Assembly: GCA_000002445.1 (NCBI GenBank)
Contig: CP000070.1
Span: forward strand, 1,504,001 to 1,568,000
From: Trypanosoma brucei
Taxonomy: Eukaryota
Reading direction: 5' to 3'
DNA: 64,000 nt
Both the position numbers and the translations under genes were made by a program. The notes beneath the pieces are model-generated. The model searched no databases. It worked only from the letters and a program-made list of their open reading frames with translations, and was not told the origin of the DNA. Below are positions 41,250 through 52,267 of this stretch, in pieces (within the stretch, counting starts at the first letter, position 1; each line of letters opens with the position of its first letter).

Positions 41250-43457
41250 ATGATGGAGGGAGCAACGCAGTCCTCACTGAGCCAAATACCCGTTCATGAC
41301 AGGGTTCTGTTGAGCGGTAACATGGACAGCGTAGATGATGATTTAGAAACTGTGATCTTTAGTGATGGGGAGGACAATCTTGAAACTTGTACAGTAGTGA
41401 CAGAAACGGATTCAGATGGAGACGCGGGGCAGCACCTTCGGGGGGCAACTAACGGCGGTGCAGCCAACCGCTTACACTCGCAACACACGTTAGGGGATTA
41501 CTCGGATCATACAGTACAGCGCACAAATAATATTCCCCCCACTCCCGCTCCGGCTATGGCCCCGGTCTCAGCTTCGTCCCTCGTTACTTCAATTGTTCCC
41601 GAACCTCAGCTACCCGTCTCCTTTTCTTCGCAAGCTTTTCCGGTTATCTTACCGGTTATGCAAATGACATGGGAACTGCTCGCACCAGTAGCCGCTGAGG
41701 AAGGGGTGGAGAGAGAAGGGGAAGTTGGGAAGCAACAGTCGGGTGGAAAATTTTGTGTGCGTTATTGTTTGGCATCAAAATATGGTGAACCCCTACGACC
41801 TACGGATATCAACGAATCGGCGCTACCGGAGAGACTTACCTGTGCGTGCAGAATGGGTCGGGATGACATTCCTCAGCCGATGAAGGCCCTGCGGACAAAT
41901 GGAAGAAATCAACAGACCTTACTATACAAGCACACAATTTCTCGCGAGCACTGTGTCGTGCGGTTTCATTTCAAATTGCAATGTGCCCCTCAAGGATCTG
42001 CTGCGGCGGCTCCTTCGGGACAGAAACCGTTCTACAAGTGGACATCCTTTGACGTCACGGATTTGTCATCCAGCAACGGTACATACTGCCGTACAGTAAG
42101 ATTGTTTCCTTCGCACCGCTACAGCTTCCCTTTAACGAGGACAAACGCTGCTCAGTGCGTGGAGTTGCAGCTTGGGACCCACTATCAATGCACCATACGT
42201 GTATTGGGTGGCAATTCTATTGCTAATTGTAGTCGCCTGGTCAGCTCATCGGATGCATCGTCCACAGCAGTGGCGGCAGTCGATGCTTCCGTGCAGTTCT
42301 CCCCTTCACCTGAAGTTGTGCTGACCAATTTTCCACCACCTAAGAAGGTGCCTAGGATTTACAACGGATGTTCCCCCTTTTACGTGGAAGATGAATATGA
42401 CAATGACAACAGCAATAATAATAATAATATTGATGGTGTTTCCTCTTCTCTGGCCACTAAACCTGGTTACACCCAGCAGGAGCCGAAGGAGAAGTTGGGT
42501 TGTGCAACAGTTGAGGAGTCCCCGATGCCTCGTCCAGTCAGACAAAGCTGTGAAGAGGTCAGTAATACTGCGCCGTCGACTCTTCCAAAGCAAACAACTG
42601 TGGAAGCGGAGGGGACGAGCGGAAATGCACACAGAACAAGTACTAACCAAACTGACAGTCGGCGCGGGACAGTGACACCCTCCGTCGAGGTGCTGTCAAG
42701 TAAGGTGAAGGAACCCAAGTGTTCATTAACTGTTGTCACCACTGGCATCCACTGCAAACAGGGTGTTATGCAAAGCTTGTTGCACATGAATATTTACATG
42801 AATCCTGACATTTCGAACTATAAGAAGGTAACGCATCTTGTTATTAAAGGCCCACTCGTGCGCAGCATCAAGCTTTTAACAGTGTTGCCATACGTGCATC
42901 ACCTTGTGAACGTTGAATGGTTTGAGGGTATCCTCTCGTGCATCCCAAAAGACCCCATGAAGCGGCCACCAAACCTAGCGGCAGTGCTCGAAAAGTTTAA
43001 TCCCAGTGACTTCACTTACAGTGAAGAGCCCAGCGCTGACAGTATTGAGGTTCTTAACGATTTTTCCCTGAAAGCGCTGATGGACACACCGCCAGAGAAG
43101 CGTCAGGCGCTCTTCGAGGGGCTTGTCTTTTATCTCCATCCCGCTGCGAAGCCGCAGAGTGACGCTGATAATAATCTTCGCCGTGTCATTGTTGCTTCTG
43201 GTGGTACCGTCACGCGAAGAGCCGCGTTGGCATCTGTTGCCATCCTACCGGAAGCTAACATGTGCGGCACCGGGGTGGCCTGGGAAGGGGTGGCGAAGTG
43301 CCGAAAGGAGCCCCTGTGCATTTTTGTTACAACTGAAGATTTATTTCGAAGCGTGCTTCAGCAGCGGCGGTTGACTGCAACGACAGTGCAACGTCCACCG
43401 GGTTGCACGGCATTACCACCTTCCCCGCAATCTAGACAAAAACGGAAAAGGAGTTGA
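41250..43457 (+). CDS. FHA domain plus tandem BRCT domain protein (735 aa); candidate phospho-dependent DNA-damage/checkpoint scaffold
   Basis: The N-terminal 150 aa are acidic and disordered. The FHA core is at residues ~165-300 (GKFCVRYCL...RMGRD...ISREHCVVRF...DLSSSNGTYCRTV, i.e. G-R...SR.H...S.NGT). BRCT-like 1 is at residues ~488-565 (LTVVTTGIH...VTHLVIKGP...VNVEWFEGIL). BRCT-like 2 is at residues ~612-705 (LFEGLVFYLHP...RRVIVASGGTV...CIFVTTEDLF). The C-terminal KRKRS is a basic NLS-like tail. Confidence 0.75.
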   Translation: MMEGATQSSLSQIPVHDRVLLSGNMDSVDDDLETVIFSDGEDNLETCTVVTETDSDGDAGQHLRGATNGGAANRLHSQHTLGDYSDHTVQRTNNIPPTPAPAMAPVSASSLVTSIVPEPQLPVSFSSQAFPVILPVMQMTWELLAPVAAEEGVEREGEVGKQQSGGKFCVRYCLASKYGEPLRPTDINESALPERLTCACRMGRDDIPQPMKALRTNGRNQQTLLYKHTISREHCVVRFHFKLQCAPQGSAAAAPSGQKPFYKWTSFDVTDLSSSNGTYCRTVRLFPSHRYSFPLTRTNAAQCVELQLGTHYQCTIRVLGGNSIANCSRLVSSSDASSTAVAAVDASVQFSPSPEVVLTNFPPPKKVPRIYNGCSPFYVEDEYDNDNSNNNNNIDGVSSSLATKPGYTQQEPKEKLGCATVEESPMPRPVRQSCEEVSNTAPSTLPKQTTVEAEGTSGNAHRTSTNQTDSRRGTVTPSVEVLSSKVKEPKCSLTVVTTGIHCKQGVMQSLLHMNIYMNPDISNYKKVTHLVIKGPLVRSIKLLTVLPYVHHLVNVEWFEGILSCIPKDPMKRPPNLAAVLEKFNPSDFTYSEEPSADSIEVLNDFSLKALMDTPPEKRQALFEGLVFYLHPAAKPQSDADNNLRRVIVASGGTVTRRAALASVAILPEANMCGTGVAWEGVAKCRKEPLCIFVTTEDLFRSVLQQRRLTATTVQRPPGCTALPPSPQSRQKRKRS

Positions 43458-43530
43458 ATGTTTTCTTTTTTTATTTTTCAGTTTTATTTTATTTTGTTTC
43501 TGTGTTGTTCCGGCTGTTTTGCGCTTATGC

Positions 43531-43549
43531 CACACACACACACACACAC
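43531..43549. repeat. (CA)n dinucleotide microsatellite
   Basis: cacacacacacacacacac in the 3' spacer after the FHA-BRCT gene. Confidence 0.9.
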
Positions 43550-44340
43550 TAGAAAACATGAAGGACTTTATATGTTTGCTTAAGCCGGTGTACGATTATA
43601 CATATATATGCAATTATTATCTTTATTGTCATTACTATATGAATGCAACGTATATGTCGACCTGTGCGTCTGGAGGCCAAAGTAAAGAAATATATACCTA
43701 CATTTATATACATAAATGCAAATATAATAATATATATATGCATCTACCAACATCTTATTTATAGACGCATTCCTTTATATACCGTCGTATTTTGCCCGTA
43801 CCCCCATCCCATTCTTGTGCGTACTCCTCGTTTTTAAAAATATTTTCTCTTTTTTAACTCTATTTGACCGATTCCTTTTCTGTGTCCACATTTATGTTTT
43901 TGTACGTTGGTTGCGGAGAAGCATGATGATGCGTCGCTGTTTTCAACTTTAAATGCATTTAGCATTCACGTATGCGTGTATGTTTCGACGTTTGTGCGCA
44001 CGTGAACCTTTCTTGTATCTGTAGCTGCTGCTTTTCAAGCGTTGACACGTTAGCGTCCCCGGGCTATTGCTGGTTAGGGGGTGGCCCAGATATTTGCTCC
44101 CATTCATAAGTAAATAAACACAAGTATGTGTATATGTATGTGAAGCTGCAGACTCGTTGCATTCCTTCTCTCTTTCTTCCCTGTCATATTAATTTTGATT
44201 GCGTCGTGTGCGGAGGCGAAGGAGAACAGGCACAAGGTAAAAAAGACACCGACGCGCATATTTTGGTTGTCTGTGTACTTCAACAATATAGCGTAGTGAC
44301 TAACTCGAGACGAGGTAATCGATCTTCGTGCTCAAGGATC

Positions 44341-45840
44341 ATGCTACGGTCCTTTAGAAGTAATGCTTTTGGCCTATTAATACCCGGAGCTTGTACCATT
44401 CGTGGTCGGCATTTGCCTGTCTCTTCGTTGGAGGGCACTGTAGGTTTTACTCGTTTAACCTCCGCACGGGCTTTGTTTTCAGCCACACATTTACTCTGGC
44501 GGAGGCAGCATGGACCCACCAACGTCCTCTTCCAACTTGATGCGCTGCCACCAAACTTGCAGCGGGAATTTCACAAGGATGAAAATGCAGTGAACTTGAC
44601 ATATCTAGTCGACCTCCCTTCCTCCAAAATAGCATCGTCTCATGAGGACAGTAGTGACGGCACTACTAAGAGTGATACCAAGAGCCCGGTTATTAAGGTG
44701 CTTCCCACATGGGCCCACATTGTAACATGGTGTTGTGCCACTTGTGGATGCCAGTGGTCGGCTCGTCCAGTGGACCGTACAGATCCACAGGTGGCTGCAT
44801 TTTACAGTTGTCCGAGATGCGCGGCCCGCACGGCGAAAAAACACTGTTCAGACACCCCGCTGGCGGTCTCGCCCAGTACTCCTTCGTTCCCTCCGGGGAG
44901 ACGGTTTGCGGAGGCATTTCCCCTGCTTGCAGCACAGTGGGATGCATGTCGTAACAGTGTAATTCACAACAAGGTACTTTTTGAGTCCGTCGCCGATGTG
45001 CCACTGCCTTGCGCCACCATCGTGTGGTGGTCGTGTCCCCATTGCGGGGAGCCGTGGAGGGAGTCAGTAAACTCGCGCGTTCAGCGGTTAGTGCAACAAC
45101 AACAGAAACACTCGTCGAACGGGAATGTGAAAAGCAATAACACATGTATCCCGCTGTGCCCCTCATGCGAAGACCGTGGTTTGTCACTAACAGTTCCCAA
45201 AGATGGTAACGAGGGGTCAAAGGAGAAATCATCTAGTGAGCGGCGAAGCAAAAAGAAAGGTAACCAGAATAGTGAATTGAAACGCTTCTTGAAGGACAGT
45301 CCCCTGCTTCTCGCCGAGGCCCAGTTGCAACCACATGAAGATCCTGGAACCATTGCACTGCGTAGCAACAAGTTGGTTTGCTGGAAGTGCCGCAGGTGCA
45401 CCTATGAATTTGTTGCCTCAGTTGCCGACCGCTTCCTTCGTTACAAACGGTGTCCGCAGTGCACCGGGGAAAAACGCACACCACTTAACCTTCTTTCCAT
45501 CCAGCGTCCCGATGTCCTTCGTGAGATTGCACGAACAGTGGTCAGAGGAAAACTGTTGAAGATGACCGTCCACGATGACACAGTCGTCCCATTCGTTTGT
45601 CGCAGCTGTTTGTCCATCTACCGCATGCCCATTCGCCTCCGCTGCCTACTGCCTGAAGGGGCAACAGCTTGTTCAAAGTGTATGTGGAGTCGATCAAAGT
45701 TTACAAGAGAGGTCGTTTCCGTTGGTAAAGGACAAAAGGGTGCTCCCTTCCGTTCACCACCAAAGAAGAAAAGGGGGAGGGATTCGTATGCCGTAGTGGA
45801 TAATGAGTTGCACTTACGCGATACTGATCTCATGAATTGA
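44341..45840 (+). CDS. Protein with a mitochondrial-type presequence and four tandem Cys4 zinc-ribbon-like modules (~499 aa)
   Basis: The track ORF from 44128 starts in UTR-like sequence, so the ATG at 44341 is taken. It gives MLRSFRSNAFGLLIPGACTIRGRHLP, which is Arg-rich, amphipathic and has no acidic residues. Four modules repeat the pattern W-x-C-x2-C-G-x-W ... C-P-x-C: WCCATCGCQW...CPRCA, WWSCPHCGEPW...CPSCE, CWKCRRCTYEF...CPQCTG and CRSCLSIY...CSKC. Confidence 0.6.
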   Translation: MLRSFRSNAFGLLIPGACTIRGRHLPVSSLEGTVGFTRLTSARALFSATHLLWRRQHGPTNVLFQLDALPPNLQREFHKDENAVNLTYLVDLPSSKIASSHEDSSDGTTKSDTKSPVIKVLPTWAHIVTWCCATCGCQWSARPVDRTDPQVAAFYSCPRCAARTAKKHCSDTPLAVSPSTPSFPPGRRFAEAFPLLAAQWDACRNSVIHNKVLFESVADVPLPCATIVWWSCPHCGEPWRESVNSRVQRLVQQQQKHSSNGNVKSNNTCIPLCPSCEDRGLSLTVPKDGNEGSKEKSSSERRSKKKGNQNSELKRFLKDSPLLLAEAQLQPHEDPGTIALRSNKLVCWKCRRCTYEFVASVADRFLRYKRCPQCTGEKRTPLNLLSIQRPDVLREIARTVVRGKLLKMTVHDDTVVPFVCRSCLSIYRMPIRLRCLLPEGATACSKCMWSRSKFTREVVSVGKGQKGAPFRSPPKKKRGRDSYAVVDNELHLRDTDLMN

Positions 45841-45951
45841 CATTATTTGCTCAATAAACGTTGGGAAGGGGACATACACGGCTGTGAAGGAAAAGTTATG
45901 TACGTCTATGACACTCTGTGTTGGTGGTGTTGTGTGCAGTCAGTACCTTTT

Positions 45952-45975
45952 TGTATCTGTATCTGTATCTGTATC
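45952..45975. repeat. (TGTATC)4 hexanucleotide tandem repeat
   Basis: tgtatctgtatctgtatctgtatc directly read in the 3' spacer. Confidence 0.9.
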
Positions 45976-46414
45976 AGTGTTTGTTTTGTGTATTTTCGAA
46001 GCTAGGGATAACTCAGCGTAATGTCCCCCTTGACTGTTTCGCTGTTTTAGGTGTGGGATAGGGCTTTCTACCTAAAGAATGTTCGTAATCTGTGATTGCC
46101 TTGCTCCAACTGCAAATGGTTCGCGTTTCTCTTGACCTCGACCTTTACCTTTACCTCTACCCTTCGGTCCCGCAGCCTCTACTCTCAAAGCAGCGGACGT
46201 GCTTGAGGAAAGGTATTTGATAATATCATCAAAGGGGAAAAAGGGTCGACAGACCTCATCCGACAGCAAAGGCAATAGCAGGGGTTCACCAGACAGCGGG
46301 AGCCTTCGCCTCTGGGCACGAGAAGTAATAGTAGTGTATAATTCAAAGGTGGGAAATACACGAGCGCACACGCGATACGCACACGCATCTCAATAAAGTT
46401 TAACCTTTTAAAGG

Positions 46415-49400
46415 ATGGTTTCACGTGCACCGTCTTTCAGCGTGCCTAACGCAGTAGGAGTTCCGCAGGTTGACGATATCGCCCTGTTTTTATGTGGCCG
46501 CGCGATTGCGGCGGAGTGGCCCAAAGTATCTGCTGCAAATGCATCGGCAGCGGAGGCACTGGCTGCATGGTACCTCACGAAGGTGGCGCAGATGCATGAG
46601 CGTCCAACCACAGACACCAAAGGGGCATCGAACCTCGGCATGGAAGAACGGTCACCCGTAAGGGAGGCGGAATACTACCAAACTAACGAAGCGAATTTTT
46701 CCGATGCGTTCGAAGCTCTGTCACGCCCTGCTGGTGAGATCGACGCACTCGTAACACAAAAACTAGACAGGGAAGATCATCAACGCGGGTGGGGTCTTTC
46801 AAAGAATCTTTTAGATGGTTTTGCAAAGACATCGGGTCTCTTATTAACTGAGAAAGATATCATGGCCATTGATGATGAAATGAAAAGGAGCTTCAGGTGC
46901 TTTGAAGAGTTACTTGACATTTGCCTCCACTTTGGAGAAACGACCCATTGCAACAATTTTATATACCATATCATCTGTTTCAACATCGATAACACAGCGC
47001 TGTCTAGCCACACCACCCAAATGCTTTGGAACGAAATGGGCATTGATGATCGCGCTGCCGTTATACTCCCTGTGCTGTCAAGACTTTTTAGTGTGTGCGA
47101 CGAATTAGGTTCTCAGCATGCTGCAGGAAGTATCACACATTCCTTTATTGTGTGGTTAGGCGTGAGTTGGAACTGTGCATCATTTAGTTGGCAGACCCAT
47201 GTTTCCCGGGTGACTGGCTGTCTACTCGCAGAGCTGGAAAAGAAATTAATACTTGTGAGAAAAGATCCTGCTGCGCTAACGGCTGGTTTGCGTGACGACT
47301 CCACACCGCATGCACGTAGAGGCTCGAGGGCGAAGCCATCGCAGAAGGCTTTTGGAGTATCTGGAAGCAATCGACAGTTAAATATCGTCAGCATGCACAA
47401 GGCAATGCGTCGCATCTGTGAGGGGCGTACTCTAGATTCAAAGGGTTTGCTCGAGGCACTTGTGGAGAGCGGATCTGGCGCTGCACTACCTTTGCGTGAC
47501 TACAACAATGTTTTAGAATATATTTTTAGTGAACAGGCTCATGGTGGAGCCGTGGGCACTCAGGAATCGCAACAACAGCAGTGGCACCACTCGATTCTTT
47601 CTAATATAATGAATGGTGTGCTCCTATACTCACAGTTTTACCTCTCTGTGAGGTCGCTCGAGGCCTCACTACGTTGCGCACAGATGGGAGTTCTAGTGGG
47701 TCATCAGTGGCGTTCCAGCGAGCTTCTCACCATAGCGCATTACAACAGTTTTCTTGTGCATGTTGCATGCCAAGACACTCCGGCCGCTGCTGGTGACATC
47801 GCTATTATGCTCCAACTTGCTGATGCAGCCACGCGGAGAGACGGGAATGCGGAAACAGACGTCAATGCTCCGCGATTCCGCGCTGGGTGCTTAGGTTACA
47901 TGGGTGCGGCTCTGTTACTTCTGATATCCCCTGGAACTGTAGACACATCACTTCGGTCCATTATAATCACTGGCATCGTGGCAGGGGTTCGCCCAACGTC
48001 AGAAACTGCAGGTGGTGCTGGAAACATGCGTTGTGGAGGCAGTGGTAGCGTTAGTAGTAATGCAAACGCCTTGCTTTGCACAGCCGCGGAGGCTGCGACA
48101 GGTGGTGGTTCTGTTGTGGTTCAGACAACAGCACAGACAGTACGCCACGCCTTATGGCTATCCGAAATGGAGGCCTTCCTTGATCCTTCGTCGACCGTTT
48201 CGACAGAGGTTATTACATCTGTTGCAAGGGCGACATTGATGCTGATTGCCGGTCACTACGGCGTTTGCACGTGCACGAAACCAATAGACAGCGACTCCCT
48301 CGCCCAGCAGTTGAGTCTAATCGAGGAATCCACACTTGACTCTACTAACAATGTACCCGAGCCCTCAGAGCTCCTCCTCCGTGAGACCATGCGACTGACG
48401 GCGCACCACGCTCTAGCCGTTCAAGTTGGCACAGCAGAGGCGCCATCCGGCGCCGGTCCCTTTAGGATCCTGCACACGTATTTAACAGCCGTGGAGAAAC
48501 ACTACGGCGCGAGCGGGCTGGCCGCAGTGGAGCAGAACTTCTTTTTTGTCTCTACTTACCGTTTCTTATGTGCCATGTGGTTACGCACGTGTGGTTACTT
48601 GAAGTCGGCTTATCAAGAGCTCACTCGGCTGGTAGAAAGCATGCTCTTCTACAGTCGCTGTGGATCCGATTCTCACAACGAAAATGTGTCAACACCGGCA
48701 CCAACTACCAGGAAGGCGTCCACGCAGCCAAACTTGCATACAAACGCAGACCTGCTTGGAGTTGACGAGCATTTGTTGGGCGAAAGTCCAGTGAAAATGG
48801 CTGGTTCCACCGTCAAGGAGGAGGAAACGCTGCAGTTTTGGCCGCCAGATCATCTCCTCCTTTGGCAACATGTGCAGTTTGAACGAGCGCAACTGGCTCA
48901 CTATCTTGGGTACTCTTGTGTGATTCTTGAAATAAGTGAAACGCTACGGCGTGTTAGTGCGGCGAGTCACTTCGTTATGGGTGTATTGTATGCCGACTTA
49001 ATTGCCGCAATGACATGGACGCAGCGGAAGAATTACTTTGGTGCTCTCCAGGCGCTAGAAAAGATAGAAAGCAACGCCGAGAGTATCGGACTGACGCTCG
49101 TGCAAACCCATGCTCGAGTGCGACGGGTTTCCATTCTTCTTGCCTGTAGCCGTTGGCAGGAAGCACTCGATACGCTTCGTGTCATGCAACCCATTCCTTC
49201 CCTGCTGGAGCATTGGTACCTCCTCACTCACTTGCACGCACAAAGTGAAGTGTTGATGGCGTGTCCCGACGCAACGGAGGGAGATCTTGCAACTGTTGTG
49301 GACCGGCATATACAAGAGATGGAGATGTGTGGATCTTTTGTGGACGTAACGGGAAAAGAGGATTCTGTAGGTATTACATTGCTCGATAAAATGTGCCTTT

Positions 49401-49606
49401 ATGCTTGCATCGATCGACACTCTGCGGCACTCCCCGGGCGGGGGCGGCAATCTTGGGATGAATGTTTAAATGTACTGGCACGGGAACTGCAGCAACGTCA
49501 GTTGCAAGAGGGGAAGTGGCAAGTGCTGTGGAACATGCCCATGCGGAATGTCTGCAATGAGGTGCTTTCGAATGCATTACTTAAGAGGGTGCTGAAAACA
49601 TCCTAA
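46415..49606 (+). CDS. Large conserved hypothetical protein (1063 aa), predominantly alpha-helical, no recognisable catalytic motif
   Basis: ATG at 46415. Long uninterrupted ORF whose composition matches neighbouring genes. Leu/Ala-rich helical-repeat-like sequence (possibly TPR/HEAT-like solenoid, inferred only from composition). No family assignable by eye. Confidence 0.6.
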   Translation: MVSRAPSFSVPNAVGVPQVDDIALFLCGRAIAAEWPKVSAANASAAEALAAWYLTKVAQMHERPTTDTKGASNLGMEERSPVREAEYYQTNEANFSDAFEALSRPAGEIDALVTQKLDREDHQRGWGLSKNLLDGFAKTSGLLLTEKDIMAIDDEMKRSFRCFEELLDICLHFGETTHCNNFIYHIICFNIDNTALSSHTTQMLWNEMGIDDRAAVILPVLSRLFSVCDELGSQHAAGSITHSFIVWLGVSWNCASFSWQTHVSRVTGCLLAELEKKLILVRKDPAALTAGLRDDSTPHARRGSRAKPSQKAFGVSGSNRQLNIVSMHKAMRRICEGRTLDSKGLLEALVESGSGAALPLRDYNNVLEYIFSEQAHGGAVGTQESQQQQWHHSILSNIMNGVLLYSQFYLSVRSLEASLRCAQMGVLVGHQWRSSELLTIAHYNSFLVHVACQDTPAAAGDIAIMLQLADAATRRDGNAETDVNAPRFRAGCLGYMGAALLLLISPGTVDTSLRSIIITGIVAGVRPTSETAGGAGNMRCGGSGSVSSNANALLCTAAEAATGGGSVVVQTTAQTVRHALWLSEMEAFLDPSSTVSTEVITSVARATLMLIAGHYGVCTCTKPIDSDSLAQQLSLIEESTLDSTNNVPEPSELLLRETMRLTAHHALAVQVGTAEAPSGAGPFRILHTYLTAVEKHYGASGLAAVEQNFFFVSTYRFLCAMWLRTCGYLKSAYQELTRLVESMLFYSRCGSDSHNENVSTPAPTTRKASTQPNLHTNADLLGVDEHLLGESPVKMAGSTVKEEETLQFWPPDHLLLWQHVQFERAQLAHYLGYSCVILEISETLRRVSAASHFVMGVLYADLIAAMTWTQRKNYFGALQALEKIESNAESIGLTLVQTHARVRRVSILLACSRWQEALDTLRVMQPIPSLLEHWYLLTHLHAQSEVLMACPDATEGDLATVVDRHIQEMEMCGSFVDVTGKEDSVGITLLDKMCLYACIDRHSAALPGRGRQSWDECLNVLARELQQRQLQEGKWQVLWNMPMRNVCNEVLSNALLKRVLKTS

Positions 49607-50225
49607 AATGCAGCGTGTAGGGTACTGTAAAAGAGGTGTGGATTGCGGAAACTCGGTGAGAGCAATAACTGGTATATTTTTTGAGGGAGTGGACGTTCTT
49701 TTTTTTTTTTTAAATAACGATTACCCAATAGTTTTGGTATTCGGGGAAGAACAGTAAATTCCTATTGTGGCATATGATGATAGAGGGAGAGGGAAGCGAT
49801 AGTTTCATGGAAATTTGCTGTTAGCAACTCGAACAGCTGCAACAAAAATACCATTGGACGTTTACACGCACACAAACAAACGCAAACTACATTCCCCTTT
49901 TCCCTGTGTACGGAACTTGGCTCACTCATTTAACCATCGCTTTCTTCACGCTCGCTTCCATATGGAGAACTGTATTGTTGTCTTTCCAAATGGTGTATCA
50001 TGCACCGGATACAATAAAATTCGTCTTTAACGCTTCCTGTTTCTATGTTTTTTTGATATGTCCCTACACCGCCCCCCCCCCTTCTCTTTCCCCTTCACCT
50101 CTTTATTTCATTGATGTATGCAACCCAAAGCTCCGCAGCAGTAGCAGTAAAGATATAAAAAGAAATATATTACATATATATATCAAGTGAAGGAACAGCT
50201 CTAACGACTCTCATCACTTATTACC

Positions 50226-50633
50226 ATGTCGGAATACGCAGATTGCACGGAAGTGGCTAAGAAGGCGCTTGAGTTTCGCCAGCAGTTTTACCAACTGTTA
50301 GATAACCCAGAGAGGCGGGGTGATATTGTTGCCTTGTATGCTCCAAACACACCTCTCCTTTGCGAATGGAATGGACATGCCCTCCCAGACACCGCTTCCA
50401 TCGCTGCATATCTCGGCGGATTACCCCGTACAAATCACAAAGTTGATTGTGTGGATGCGCAACCGCTTCCGGGTAATGAACGGGCGGACTCATTTCTCAT
50501 GACAGTCCATGGCGTAGTCACATATGATGATGAACATAAGAGGGAATTCTTTCAGAGGTTTGTTATTAGAAAGGTAGAAGAGCGGTATTACATAATGAAT
50601 GATTATTATCGCTGGTTAAGTGAAAAGGAGTAA
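50226..50633 (+). CDS. NTF2: Nuclear transport factor 2 (NTF2)-like protein (135 aa)
   Basis: EFRQQFYQLLDNPERRGDIVALYAPNTPLLCEWNGHALPDTASIAAYL...VDCVDAQPLPGNE...FLMTVHGVV...FFQRFVIRKVEERYYIMNDYYRW follows the NTF2 fold signature (FxxxYYxxFD..R..L..LY...S.L.WEG...G...I...L..LP...H.I...D.QP......I.V.G.L......F.Q.F.L......Y.I.ND.FR). Confidence 0.8.
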   Translation: MSEYADCTEVAKKALEFRQQFYQLLDNPERRGDIVALYAPNTPLLCEWNGHALPDTASIAAYLGGLPRTNHKVDCVDAQPLPGNERADSFLMTVHGVVTYDDEHKREFFQRFVIRKVEERYYIMNDYYRWLSEKE

Positions 50634-52267
50634 AGACTGCAACGTTCATCTATTTGGTGGTGTAAGTGGCAAATCGCGGCCATCTGGCTCCTCAATTTCT
50701 TTTTGTGTCCATATTATAAAAGGAGGTTTCACTCAGCTCTCTTTTTTTTTCTTTTGTTACGCCCCATTTTTTGACAAGTGGGATACAAAAATACTAAAGA
50801 ATGATGCAAAAAAAAAAAATGACGAGGAGGAAGTTAAAGAAAAGAGTGAGGGAGGGGAGTATATATATATATATATATAATATGATAAGACGGACGAATC
50901 TTTTACAAAGGGGACCAATAGTGGTAAATAGGATGTATTTCTGCTTGTCGTGACGTCAGAAATATTGAAGGAAGTAGTTGGAGGGGAGAGCAATTGTACG
51001 ATTGGGGGTTTGTGGATAAATGAGTGTGTGTGTGGGGGAAAAAGATGTTTGTTTGTTTGTTTGTTTTCTTCAGTTGGTGCTATTATTTCCTTCAGGAAAA
51101 GGAAGGGACAGGCATGGTGTGGTGTGGTGTGATATCTAAAAAAAAAAAAGAAAGGAAGGAAGAAACAACTTATGTGTTTCGTTGGTGATGAAATTTAATC
51201 GGATAATATCGTCTCATCTTTGTCTCTCTGTCACTCTTCTTTTTCAAGTAGTGGTGAACTGAGAGCAGTGATGAAACGTAAGTTAGTGGTGAGTGTTGTG
51301 TGAACGCTTATATGTTGCTAAAAATAAATTAATAAATAGCACTAACGATAAACAAACTGTCAGTGTTTATTCGTATTATTATTCCCCTTTTTTATATATC
51401 TTTAAAGGGAAAACTCCTCTCTTTTTTTTTATATCTTTGATTCACTTCTCCTGTCTCCTCCACTTTTCTTCTTTTTTTATTCTCGTGGTTGCCATTGTCG
51501 CTGATTCTTATCCTCATCACCTCTTCAAAGCATAAATGCTGACAAGAGCATGAGATATATGGAGAGAGATATTAAAAAGAAGGACATAAAACTTATATTT
51601 GCAGTTTGTCTTATAACAAACTGATGATTAGAATGTAAAGAATAGTTAGAATGAATGCTTTTTAAAAAAAAAGAAAGAAAGGAAGGAAGGGAATGAAATA
51701 GCGAGCGGAAAAGGCAAGAGCAGGGATAAATGTCATCCCTTCTTGGAAAGGGGTGGGACTCACAAATATAAGTGCACAAAATAAGTAAACAAATGCAATT
51801 CTGGCCCGATTTCAAATTCCCCGTCTGTCGCCTTTTCCACATGCGTAATAAGCGCGGAAACGAACCGCGGTGGAGATTGGCACGTGGCGACGCGGTAATA
51901 ATAATAATAACTGACAGGAATTGTGAAAAGTGGGAATTAGCAGCTAAATGGTGACAAACTCACTGAAAGGGTTATGGAGGGAAATAACATCGGCTTCAGC
52001 AATAATAGAGGTAATTTTTTTTTCAACTTTTGCGTTTCGTGATATATTACCATCTAGTAATGGTTTGTGGCAAAAATATGAACGCACCCACTTTTTAGGT
52101 TTCCACATACACACACTTCCGCCACACGGAAAAGCACACGAGCCTGGTTCTTCTTTTAATGTTATTCGGTTAGTTCAAATATAGGTAGTAGAAAGCGAAG
52201 AGAAAGATCAAGAGAAGTATAGTAAAAAAAAAGAAGAAAAGAAAGATATACAAGGACAGTAGTTGAG

